From Hydrolagus colliei (Eukaryota), in NCBI GenBank assembly GCA_035084275.1, contig CM068748.1, forward strand, positions 3,348,001 through 3,412,000: DNA of 64,000 nt, in the 5' to 3' direction. The notes below the pieces were generated by a model that worked only from the letters and a program-made list of their open reading frames with translations, made no database searches and had not been told where the DNA came from. Each line of letters begins with the position of its first letter. The first letter of the stretch is position 1. Shown piece after piece: positions 52,234-64,000 of this stretch. The translations under genes were made by a program, and so were the position numbers.

Positions 52234-54344
52234 AATAGCTTCAGAGTAGCCTCTAATAGCTACGGCTAAAAATGTTTGTTTCTTCAGTTTCCGACATCAA
52301 CAGAGATCGATAAAGAAATAGCACAGTAGTACATTGCTGAGAATTTGTTTTCATTCTGACTTTCTAGTTCGCTTGCTTTCTCGAAGAAAGAAATGTTGTC
52401 CCTTGTTTGAAGATGGAAGCAGTCACCTCTGTAAGATGTTCCTTGAGGTTGAGCTAGACAGTAAGTGTTCGTGGCCTATTAACCATGGGGGGCCATGGTT
52501 AATAAGCCATGCTTAATCCTGTCCTCATCTGTCATCCATCCAGATGTGTACAGTATTCCACAGAGTTCGCTGGAGATTGGTCAGCAGGGAGTAAACCTAG
52601 CTCAATTTTCCTTCCCACGTCTGGGGCTGCTGAAGCCAATCGCAGTTGTTCTACTGCCATGGCAGCTCAGATGAGATAACTCAACAGAAATCAGCAATTA
52701 TACCTGGGGCTTTCCCAGTCATGGTGGCTCACAGCCATACCACGCACTGTGTTGACCTTACAAAACGATCACTCTTCTCCAAAGCTGACATTCTTCGGAA
52801 CTCCAATGCTGAAAACGATGGAGCAGAACCAAAAAGCAAATTGTAAAGCACATGGAAACCATAGAGGCTATCGTTGTAAGTTTTATACTGGCACAGATTG
52901 CATAGCCCAGAGCTGCAGCCTAAGGTTTCCAAATGATGAGAAGAACCGATGGGGTGGATGTGGAGAAGTAATTTGTGCTACAAAGGAAAGGAAGAGCGTG
53001 CTGGTGGACTTCTTCCCAAGCTGAGATAAACTTTAGACAGATGTAACTTGAATAGTAACTCTTTGCACTTATTGCAAATCTATGGAACTGATCCACGCTG
53101 AACTAACAACAACAACAATATTACACTTGTATAGCGCCTTTCACGTCAGGTGGACAAGGAACTAGTAATGATCCTTGCACTTAATATAATGCCTTATCAC
53201 ATCACTGTGACTTCTCAAAGTGCTTCATATGACATACTGTAAAGTAAATTTTGTGAGCTTAGTCAATACAAACTTTGATTCTATTATGAGTGATTGATTA
53301 TACACATTACAAGTTCAGAATTAATCTCTGAAATCTAACCTGGTTCCCAGATTCATCACCAAACCCATTAAAAGAAGGCATCTGGGCCAGATGGTAGGCT
53401 ACCTGCTAGTATATCATGGACCATGTTAACATTCTGTTGATCAGTGAATACCTCTTGAACCGCAATTTACTTTGGAGTTGATGTTACAGTATTCATCACT
53501 GGTTACGTACTTCCGTATTGTTTGAATCAAACAACTTGAGGCATTGACCAGGAAAGTGGAGCACATGTTTTTAAATATCGACCCACTTCAAAAGTGAAAT
53601 GCTGCTTGACTTTGAACTTTTGGTCAAAGCATATTTGACTCCTAGATAAAAATTAAATCAAAACACCGAAATATGCTTCGCTATTTCCCTCAAATAACAT
53701 AACAACACGGGTTCTGTTTTTTCACTGAAAATGATGATCTGTGTGTGCTGGTGGCAGTTCAGTAAAATTGTTTCCACATTTCATAAAAATACACTTTGAG
53801 AACAGATCTGCAGGTTGTAGGGTGCAACAAGAATGGACCCAATTTCGTACAATCTTCAAAGTTGTTTATCTCTTACATTATCCAGGCCTTAAGGAACCAC
53901 TTCGTTTAAATCGTTTAGGAAGGTCAAACACAGAACCACTACCTCGTTTTGAGGAACTACTACGATGAGATACATGTGTTCAGCTTTATGGGGTCACAAG
54001 TAAATTTAATTACTGGCAAAGTATGGTCCCAGCGGATTTGAAACTGAAGCACAATTTGCAAATGGCAACTGCTGCTCACACAAACATGTGGTGAATGTAG
54101 AGATCAGCAGATACCTGTGGATTTTTTGTTTTGTTTACTTGTGCAAATATTTTTCATCTTACAGGAAAGTAACTTCTTGATATTCAGCGCAGCATCTTAT
54201 CATAGAATTTTATGTCAGCTTCAAATTATCCCTCATATTATTCATTTATACCAACTCAAAGAGAGACCTCAGACAGTCTTGTGATGAGGGCAGAAACAAA
54301 TCAGTGACACTAATATGTAGAATTATACCTCTTGGAAAATGTCA

Positions 54345-54620
54345 TGGCTTTGAGTTCATACTGTATCTAGTCTGACACTTCAATGCAGTCGTGGAGGTGA
54401 ACAACACTGTAGGGGGTCCTGTCTTTTGGATGAGATATTAATCTAAAGTCCTGCCTGCCTGTTTAGATGGTCATTAGCATTACCATTGGCACTGAATGAA
54501 ATGAGAAAGGAGTTTCTCCTATTTTCCTGGCCATCTATCCTCCGGATAAAATTGTTTATTCGTGGTTATTGCTATGGGTTAATGCTGCGTAGAAATTGTC
54601 TGCAGGTTTACCCACAGATA
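54345..54620 (+). mobile_element. Ancient Deu-domain SINE fragment
   Basis: ctgacacttcaatgcagt..gtcttttggatgagatattaa..ctgcctgtttagatgg..ggcact..ggagtttctcc..tcctggcca resembles the Deu core. Confidence 0.7.
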
Positions 54621-54900
54621 GGCACACAATATGTTTTATGGTAAAAATGCAGTAAAAATTTTGGAATTAGCCAAAATTCTTCAGTGTGTTACATCTGATG
54701 GTAATGTTAAAGAGCATGAGAGATTTGGTCATCTTGATTTCTGCAAACATGGGGTTAGGACATTGAACTCAGTTCAGATCAAGCTTAACGCTGTAAATAG
54801 AAGGATAATGGAAGGTTGAGATCAAATGGGCTGAAGGGTTTCTTGTAGCGCTCTCTTCTGATCATGTGAGGTCAGTATTGAAGTAACGAATGATCAAATG

Positions 54901-55250
54901 TCATAGAACTATAGAAATGTACTGCACAGAAGGCCATTCAGCTCATTGTGTCTTTGCCAGCACTTTTCCCTTTAGCCAAACCTCTCTAAGCGCTCTGAAA
55001 CTCCGTCCGGCATGGAGGACACTATATAAATCCAAGCTGTTGTTGTTGTAGCCGCCCACTTTTAGGGTATCTGTCCAGTTCCCTCTTGAAGGCCAATATA
55101 GATTTTTGTATCTCGTCCATTGCTCCCATTAGGGCATTCCATATCCTAGCTATTCCGTGTGCGAAACAGTTTTTTCTAACTGTCCCATGTGTTTGTTTAC
55201 TAACTATCTTAACTTGATGCACTGTAGTTATTGAGTCAATGCCCAGTCGA
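54901..55250 (-). mobile_element. Old CR1 3' fragment interrupted by a short L2-type tail (about 54985-55049, + strand)
   Basis: ORF 55022..55222 (KIVSK..RIWNAL..FKRELDRY) and catagaactatagaa tail. The inserted piece ends ctatataaatccaagctgttgttgttg. Confidence 0.75.
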
Positions 55251-55451
55251 ATGGTGGTAATAAGAAGGCTGCTCTTGTATAGTGATTTCAGTGGAAAACC
55301 ACTGGGTGGTTGATTATATATACTTTGGTTTCAGGGCTAAGACAAACCGCTCTGACAGACAGAATTGGAAACAGCTCATTAAAAGAAGTTTAGTGGAGTG
55401 CATTCAGAGAGAAAATAATCAGTCCGAATAAATGTTTCATTGCAAAATACC

Positions 55452-55530
55452 ATTTCCAGAATAAAAGACTATTTGTCAGAATAAAAATGTATTTTTCAGA
55501 ATATAAGTGTATTTGTTGGGATAAAACATC
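55452..55530. repeat. Degenerate tandem repeat, about 20-bp unit, about 4 copies
   Basis: atttccagaataaaagact/atttgtcagaataaaaatgt/atttttcagaatataagtgt/atttgttgggataaaa. Confidence 0.75.
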
Positions 55531-56984
55531 TTGGGGTTATCCAAAGGTATTTCTGTGACTATAAATTAAAGATAGTCTCAAAGATTAGTGTTTGTCTGCA
55601 TAATATCTGACCAAATACTGTTCAATTTGTGCTATTATCAGATTTCACAGGGAGTAGATGATTATATTATCAAAGCTTGTGAGCAGAAACAGAAAACAGG
55701 AAACCTTGGCCATAGTCAGCTATTTTATGGGACAGATAACGTGGTTGCTGAAGACTGGTGCATTTGTCAAGCTGCAGGAGTCAGCAGGAAATTACCCATT
55801 ATCAGTCATTTCCTTGAAGGAATGGGATGTGTTCATTGGTAGTGCTGGCAACATTGGATTTCCAATGCCATCAACCTGCCAACTAGTTTGTTCTTGGTGT
55901 ATATAATATCCTGAAAACCCAGAGTCTAGGTTTTAATGGGACACTCTATACAAGTGGTTACTGCTGGATCATCAGATTGCCACAGATATCACTTTGAGAG
56001 CAAAGCCAGGCAATCAGCCCTAAAAGCCAGAAGTGCACAGGAAGTCCACCTAGCATATGGTAGATACATAATACAGCTCTGTACAAGCCATTCTAGTGGT
56101 GGCCTACACATACTGTATTTTAATTTAATTTCAATATTCCTGTTGAAACAAATTTATAACAACAAAAGGGAGGAAGAAACTGATACTACTGCAGTTCCAG
56201 GTTCCCAACGCACTTGCAGCTTGATTCTATTTCCCAAAAGGAGGCATGAGGTAGTAACAGACTCGCTATCTATCGTCTTCATCACTCCTGATGGGAGTTG
56301 GGAAAGGGTGACTCAGGGGCGTGCTGAACTTACTACAGTTTCTGAAAGGTCAAATTTTCTTTGTGTTGACATGGTTTTAAGTAATATTGGGTAATGTTTT
56401 CAGAAGTACAGAAAGGTCAGATGAAGAAACAACTCGACTCGTCAGGAAACAAATATTGTACTAGTGAAAAAAAAATTGCAAATAAGAACAGAACCACAGA
56501 ACTCAAATTTCCTTCTCCCAACCCCGGCCAATTTATAGCCTACAGGGGACTGAAGCTGCCTGTTGAGAGGTGTCCAGTTGTGGCTGAGGAATGCCACCAT
56601 CTGATCTCGCCTGTGATGAAGCCAACAGCTTTAACTCATTGCCTCTCCCAGACAGTCCGTGAAAGGTTTGAAAACTTGTAATGTGCTGATTTTCCTGTGA
56701 TTTTTCTCTTCTGGCATGACCACCACCCCCATTACTCTCGATTCTATTGACAGTGACTCATTTTTGGGAAGAAAACAAAAGCTTAGAAAAAATGAAATGA
56801 TTCAAAGTTCCACTTAGGCTTCTCATGGCAATGGGCTTACGTTTGCACATCAAATGACCACAGGTACCAATTTACAGCAAGAAAATTAACAACAGCAACT
56901 TAAGGCAGACTGGTAGTCTTAAGGCAGTCACATTGGTGACTGTCGGGATGAGCTCCAAATTAAACCTGATGACAAGGTTGGAAC

Positions 56985-57722
56985 TTTGCTGTTCTCCTTT
57001 CCTCCAGTCCTCAACCTCTCTGCTGCCTTTGATACCATGGAACACTCCATCCACCCCCACCCTCTCTTCTCAACTCAACCTTCAAGATTATATCCTTGAA
57101 TGGTTCAGGTCTTATCTCTTACACTTCTCCAATTTGTCTCCGCCAATGGTGTCTCTTTCAGCCCTCACATAGTCTTGTGTTGGGTTCCTCAGGGCTCTGT
57201 TCTCGATCCCCTCTTCAACTTCTATATGCTCCCAATTGGTGACATCAACTGAGGACAAAGGGTCAACTTCCAGACATACACTCCACTGGTGCCCCATCCC
57301 TCAGAACATAGAATTCAAAATCATTGTCCTCAGTTTCAAGGCCCTCCAGGGCTTTGCACCCTCCTACCTCTCTGATCTGCTAACCCTCTGCAACCTGTCT
57401 GCTCCCTCCATTCAGCAAGCTCTGGCCTGCTCCAGGTCTCCCGCCCAACCCGCCCTACCACCTGTGGTCGAGCATTCAGCCTCTCTGCCGCCATTCTTTG
57501 GAGTTCCATCCCACAATCCCTTCATCTTGCTCCCTCCTTGCCCAATACAGGACTCAAGACCCTACTTTTCAACTGGGCCTTTAGATGCCCTCTTCCCTCT
57601 CTGCCCACCCTCATCCCTACCCTCCCACCCCTTATGCTCGGTTCCTGATCCCTGACTGTTCAGCGCTTTGGGACGTCCTCCCGATGTGAAAGGCGCTTTA
57701 CAAATGTGATGCTGTTGTTGTT
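56985..57722 (+). mobile_element. Degenerate, internally deleted L2 copy
   Basis: Remnants of LSAAFDT, LNLQ..LEWFRSYL, VPQGSVL.P, LHW.PI.Q.IEFK and the 3' tail gggacgtcctcccgatgtgaaaggcgc...tgttgttg. About 0.5 kb including YADD is missing. Confidence 0.85.
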
Positions 57723-60700
57723 AATGCTCTAATGCATTAATGCTCTGAAAGTCACTCAGCAGATGTGTAAACACAGGAATACAAGTGTTGGAGCCAAAAC
57801 AAAATGAAAATATTTGGTGGAAAGCAAGAGATTCGATCTATATTCAATCTAGATTCCAGGAACAAACAATGAAGAGGCTGGTCCAGAATTAAGTTAACAT
57901 CTTCTGTTACGTCTCACAGTCCAGCAATTTGTTGATCATAGATAAATATTGTTACACACTTCACTCCTTGAAATCAGATGGATTGGAACCAATAGACAGT
58001 AGATTGTTAATGTGAATATCCAGAATGAGTTTATACTAACTGAAGAGATAACTATAAACCCTGTGAGGGTTTTTTTTTAACAAGGATATCACTAGGAATT
58101 CCTTCAACTTCCATTTATGTTTTAATGTGCCTGAGACGGCTCACAAAACACGTAAATTATACTTCTGCATAATGGTAACAAATGTGCCAGAGGCTTCACA
58201 TTGAACCTGACAGGAGAGCAAAACCTAGATGACTTAAAAAGTACATTAAGTATTGTTAAAAAAAATGAGGTGAGCAAACTACTGCACGTCCAACGTATAC
58301 AGGAACAGTGTGGAGGGCTCTGCCAGGTAGCCATGTGTGTCTGACAAAACGCAGCCGGCTCACACAGCCAATAAACCTGGGATCCCAGCAATGAGGAGCT
58401 GCTTGCCAACAGAAGGCAGAGTGACACTTCCTCTGAGTGCTCAGCACAGTGGCCATGATTCTTGACATGCTGACCAGTGCCTTCAGGGAGATTAAAGGCA
58501 GAGTTACTGAGGGAAGCCGGGAACAGGATGTCTGACCCTCGGGCTAAGGTTTTCTGCTGAAGAAGGGAAACTGACTCATAGACTGAAACAGAAATACAGT
58601 CTGTGGGGTCCTGGAGAAGTGGGAAAACACAGAGCCAGCTGCCTGGAGATGCTATTGGAAAGTCTGACAGCAAAGTTCAGTGAATGTAACTTGAGTTACT
58701 AGGAAATCTGACTTCTAGGACGAAGGGCTGCAGAATATTTTCTTCCTACAATGCTCTGTCAGCAACATTATGTACTGAATCAAAGTAACATCTTCCAGGC
58801 AACGCCCAGACAATTAATCAACAACAGAAACAATATCCAAAATTGTTAGCAGGAAAGAGAGACAGCAATAAAAGGGATTGCACCAAAAGTTCACTGTTTT
58901 TCGATGTGGAGGTTGGACGTTAACTTGGTTGTTTCTTTTTGGGAACAAAAGGCATTAAACTTTTATTGCACATCACCATTTATACCATAGAATTAATGCA
59001 GACCTCTTGACGACCGTGTGAATCCACATGGAGATAATGTGTACAACAAAAACAACTGCTACACCATTTTACACCCACTCGCAGATACATCCAGCTCACT
59101 AACAGCAAGCTATTTCCTGGGAGGGGTGGGAAAATAAAATGAAGTACTGTATTCAATTATGACCAGGTTGAACGGTATATATATCAGGCAGCTGATTTCA
59201 GTTGGTGTCAATGCAGTTGTCAAGGAAACAAATTCAATGTGGGTTGGGATGGGACATAATTCACACCTCAGCAGAATGCCCTCGCTACTAATATACAAAC
59301 ACCCAGTAGAAATCCTGTTTCACTATTCAAAATAATAGAAATGTTTGCATCAGTACAATCATTCTGTGATAATCTCTTCATATAACTCCTCTGGGTGCTG
59401 AAACTCTCATTTCTCTTCTGTGTAGCGATGCTGATGATATCAGCCTCCAATGGGGAACTTTCTCATTATAATGGTGAATCTTCAGGTTATTATACAGAAC
59501 TCGAATGTCAGCCTTCGGGAGTCATGGAAGCTTCTTGAAATGAGAATAAGGCAAAGCTGATATTCTGAAGGCATGAGATGATGCAAGCTGTTGGACATTC
59601 TAGATCTGAACCTCTCTTTTAAGGGAAAGCAAATCCCATTAAATACTTATACTTAAAAACACCCACTTGCACAAGGGCACAAAATACAGGGTGACCAAAT
59701 TAATTATAATGTGATACCATTATAAGGTCTAATCAGTCTTAAACAATGTTTTAGATAATAGGGTAGTTATCAAGGCTTTTTGGTCACCCACTATTTAAAT
59801 AGTAACTTTTTTTTTACTCTTACAGCATTTTAAGAAAAAATGCAACACGTTAGAAATTGCTGGTTTAAATAGTCTATGTGGACCTGTTACAATATTATGG
59901 CTTTGAGAATCTAGGCATCGCTTGGGACGACAAAGATGAGGAATTCTGATGAAAATATCTGATGTCTCTAAGCCTATATTTTATTGTGTGACTATTGCTG
60001 AATACATGGTTGAACTAACTACATTTGGTTTATATCACTTGTAGCACTGATCGGCTGCAAAAACCTGGAACCTGATTTAATTCCTGTACACTTTGGAGCG
60101 ATTGCTATCATTATGGAGTGGAAGAGAGGAGACGAGGTTCAAGTTCAAGAACATGGAGTGTGTCCATTTCCAACACAAGACACCCTGACCTGTTCAGCCA
60201 CACTCAGTGTGTGGCTGAACATTCAGTCAGTGTGTGGTGATGGAGGCATGGGGTCTGAAACTGAGACAGACTTTTCTCCACACTTTTCTCTTGTGGCTAC
60301 AAACATAAGGTGGCCAAAAAGAATGTGCAGAGAAAATATCCACTGAAACAAGTACATTATGCGATAACTGTTTCAATTTGTGATTCTTTTCCTCACCTCT
60401 AGAAACTTTGATTACAAATAGATTCCAGGCTCCTTCCACACAGAAGTCCATTTATAACTGAGGAATATTTTCCAGTTTTAAAGACATCGACAAAAGTGTA
60501 CAAACTTATAGGAATGCATCTGAATTCTTGTGTGGTTCAATTTCTATTATGCACAGTATAGATGCTGTGGATGTCAGAGTGTGTCCTATGTATTAATCTG
60601 TATTCCCCTTGCATACACTGAATAGAGATATGGTGGGCTCCAAAAACGTTGCAGTCCATCTAGCCAGATCCAATGTTAACTAAATAACTAATTTTACACT

Positions 60701-63700
60701 GTTCTCTCTCTTTCATATCCTCAATTTAATTTATTTGGGCAATAATTTATTTAGCTGCCTCGCACATGTAATGATCCAATCTGCTTCTAGCAGCTTCCTG
60801 GGTAGTTTAATCCACATTTTCATGACTCTGTAAAATAATAAAATCACAATTGTGTTTTCCTTTCCTCTTCTGAGCCCGATTCTGTGTTGCTTTGTACTTT
60901 TTCAGTGTGTGCAAATAAATATTTAATTTACAAGTCAACTGGGGGATTGTGTGCCAGCTGTCTGCTATATTTTGTGTAAATTGTTGTTGTTGATTCTTTT
61001 GTAGTTTGGGCTAAGGATTTTACAGCATGTCAGTCTGGAAATGGTATCTGCGTAAAGGATTAATGCTCAAGTCTAGAGCTCTGTGCAGCTAAGAATAGTT
61101 GTTTTATCCTGCAATGGACAACTGAGGCAAGACCTTTTACTAGCTATTGCTTACTCCAAAAATAAACTTCAGTTTCTAGCGCTACTTGTTGAACGATTGA
61201 TGTACTGTACCTTATAATCTTGATTCTCTCTGAAGACCACTGTAGCACTAAATTAGAGTGACAATTATTCTGACATCATCTCAATGGAATAAAGTCATGT
61301 TATTTGTTTCGTTTGGCAAGTTCTGAACAAGCCACTGCCATTACAATGGCTACTATTTTAGCTTTGCACTGGATTACTAGATGTTTACTTTTGTTTATAC
61401 CTAATGGTAAGAGGCCGAGAACAACAACAACTTACATTTATACAGCACCCTTCACACGGGGTGGCGACCAGGAATGTTTCAATTTCAAAAGTATATTTTG
61501 ATATTAAAAAGAACAGAGCAATACAGAACAGAATAGGAGATTCATAGCATTTACTTCCCTGAACATTTTAGGAATGTTTTTGCATGAATGTAGCATTGAC
61601 AGTTGTGGGAGATGTTGGCACTTGTACTGACACAAACCCTGTGTTGCACAGTGACTTGCTGCCTTTTGCACTCTGAGACTTTGCTTTGAATCCAAACCAG
61701 ACTGATGTGCTGAAGGTCTGACTGTAGGTCGGATGAATTTGACAGACTCTACATGTTGTTTTAGGTATAAGTTCACTGGCCAAAATTTGGCACCAAATTA
61801 CTCGGAAAGGCTACCTTCTCCATGAAGTGTGGGAAATGGAATTGATACATGAGTGCAAATGCAAATGGCTTCTAATGAGGCTGGAACAGAGCAAAGGGAG
61901 ATTTGCTCTGCAGCTGCTGTACTAGATCTGACCTGGGAGTGCTTAATACTGCTGCTGGTTTGCCGAAATATTCCATTCCCCAGCAGTAATACCCTTCACC
62001 TTGCTCAGCAAAAAAGAAATTGACCACAAAGTGTATAAAAAAAGAAATGCCACAATACCGCAAAGATTTGATATTTAGCAGATACTGCACCTTCAGAATA
62101 AACCTGCTCCGTGTGGTTTCAGCATTGAATACAAACAAATTATTACTGTCTGATATGATTCGGAATACATCCTAACATAATTCACAAAACTGCTTGCTCC
62201 TTTATACAAAGGTTTGCGATTCTGTCTTGCAAGATAATAGAAAATTGCACCATACTTATTAAGAACAATGCTCACGTGTTCTAAATAGATCTACACTGTA
62301 CAATTATCAGACTTATGCTGGTGGTAATATTCTATCAGACAGATCCAAAAGTCACAGGGTCCAATTACAGATTTGACGTTTCTACCACTTCTAATAGTGC
62401 ACTCTTACTAAAATATCTCACAGCAACTGGTGATTGTGCTCATGCTGTAACCATGTTGGGTTTGGAAGCATCAACACATGTCCATGTGAATCAATGAGCA
62501 TCACTGTACCCACCCTACATGCTAACCCTTGGGCTGGAGATGTTGTAACTATGTTGGTCGGGACAACTTGCCAACAGCAACCAGAGCAATAAGGAAAACA
62601 TTCCCAATATATATTTGCTGACAGCATCTATGGCGAGTATCAAGACTTGTGTAAAAATTAATTGAGACCACAAACCCGATGCATGTAAATTAATTCAGTT
62701 TCGAAGTCATTCGTAAGGACATTAAATAACTTTTGTGGGCATGATCTGCGAAAGAATGCAAAATCTATAACTGCATTAATTGTCCCCTCCAGCTGTTATT
62801 ATACGCTGAAATCATTATGTTCCCTGCAGACCATCTCAGTGCAAGAAGGAATGTGAGACCACAGTCTGTGAAAGATGTAGGGTTGGTGTACTTGCAGTTA
62901 ATACTAAATTGATGCCAAAAATTTTAATTCTTAGGATTCAAGTTGCAAACTGGGTAATTGTAATGTAGTAGATCTTGTCTCAGACAAGGTTCATGTTGTG
63001 ATCTCTGGTTCAGGCAGTGTTTCTAGGGTAGCAAAGCGTAAACTGTACTCAAAGCTATGAAATCCGAGAGGCAGTAATCGATTTTGCTGGCTAACATAGG
63101 CTGTTCTCAAGACCATAAGAAATGCATTAATAACCCCCACCTTCCTGAAAATAGCCCCAGCCTTCCTATAGTGCTTTCAGCCATCTGACATTTTGGCTCA
63201 GATGTGGCTATTAAGGGATTATGAGTGGATGTAGCCAATGTGGCCATCTGCGTGACCATTTTTCTGCGAACCAAATATTCTCAACAACAACCTAATGAAC
63301 TTGTTTTGGAAAATATCATTTATGCAATCCTCAAGGCCCACTGATTCAGTTTAATGAGTTAAGTCACCAGGGCAAAGGGATACAATAATCCTGGGATAGA
63401 AGAGATTTCACCACTTTTCCCAAACGGTCTTGTGAAATCCCTGTGAGGATTAAAGTGGAGTTCGGACAGAGATTTGCTTGTGCTTTGGGACCAAAAAAAA
63501 ATAAAAGTTTGTATCCTTGGCCTGAATTCAGGCTCATCTCTAGCTATTATCTCATTTCAATTCAGAGTCATGCCACATAAGCAGTACAGTAATTCTTTTG
63601 TTCTAGTTGTTAACGTTGTGCTGAATTCTAACTATAACCATTAATTATGCACTCTCAACTCAGGCTGGCTTGGTGAGTGCTGATTTTGTCTCTGAATCAA

Positions 63701-64000
63701 AAAATGAGTGGGTTCGAGAGTTGTACATGAGCTCATAATCTACATTGACACACGGGTTCAGTAAGTGTTGGTTTGTTGGAGTTGCGTTCCATTATTTCAT
63801 GATGCACTTTCCTGGAGGAGGATCAAATTCTCTTTGTGTCTTGACTGAATATTGCTTCCTCACCTAACTGCACCCCCCCCAAAAAAAACTATTTAAAATC
63901 ATGTAGCACCTTTCATATTGAGAAGATGTCTCAAAGTGTTCCATAGGGCTGACTGGGATCCAAAGAACTAGGAGTTTTGAACCCTCAGTGTAGATATTAT

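Larger units (their letters stand above)
19655..64000 (-). other. ADAM12: Large ADAM12 intron (intron 3 equivalent), >44 kb, upstream exon not in window
   Basis: No exon-3-like sequence (..LERNE with GT donor) found by eye. ADAM12 5' introns are known to be very long in vertebrates. Confidence 0.7.

Noticed and set aside
55936-56681. Adjacent 152-aa and 95-aa + strand ORFs
   Set aside because: No recognisable domain or exon structure. The second overlaps an old repeat.
59268-59450. ORF with 'QKRNE' as another exon 3 candidate
   Set aside because: No matching donor phase and no prodomain similarity upstream.
1-64000. CRISPR arrays, operons, retrons or other prokaryotic systems
   Set aside because: The sequence is a spliceosomal-intron-containing vertebrate locus. 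The reverse transcriptase is a standard non-LTR type, and I saw no repeat-spacer array.

Overview
Eukaryotic (vertebrate) genomic DNA, AT-rich and repeat-rich. The repeat content (CR1, L2, tRNA-derived and Deu-type SINEs) suggests a cartilaginous fish, but that is an inference. The window lies inside an ADAM12 gene on the minus strand. Seven coding exons, equivalent to human exons 4-10 (prodomain, furin site, first part of the metalloprotease domain), lie between 1173 and 19654, all with GT-AG boundaries and in frame. Everything from 19655 to 64000 appears to be one large intron (intron 3, >44 kb). Non-coding DNA holds a near full-length but frameshifted L2 LINE interrupted by a young CR1 with a 5-bp target-site duplication (TSD), a second near-identical CR1 fragment, a degenerate L2, at least 8 near-complete and many partial copies of a tRNA-derived SINE, older SINE relics and simple repeats. 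I found no prokaryotic-type system. The most unusual items are a perfect 35-bp hairpin formed inside a SINE, the three-level nested retroelement, and a repetitive ORF1-like region at the L2 5' end. All coordinates were read by eye. Exon boundaries were checked base by base; repeat boundaries are approximate.
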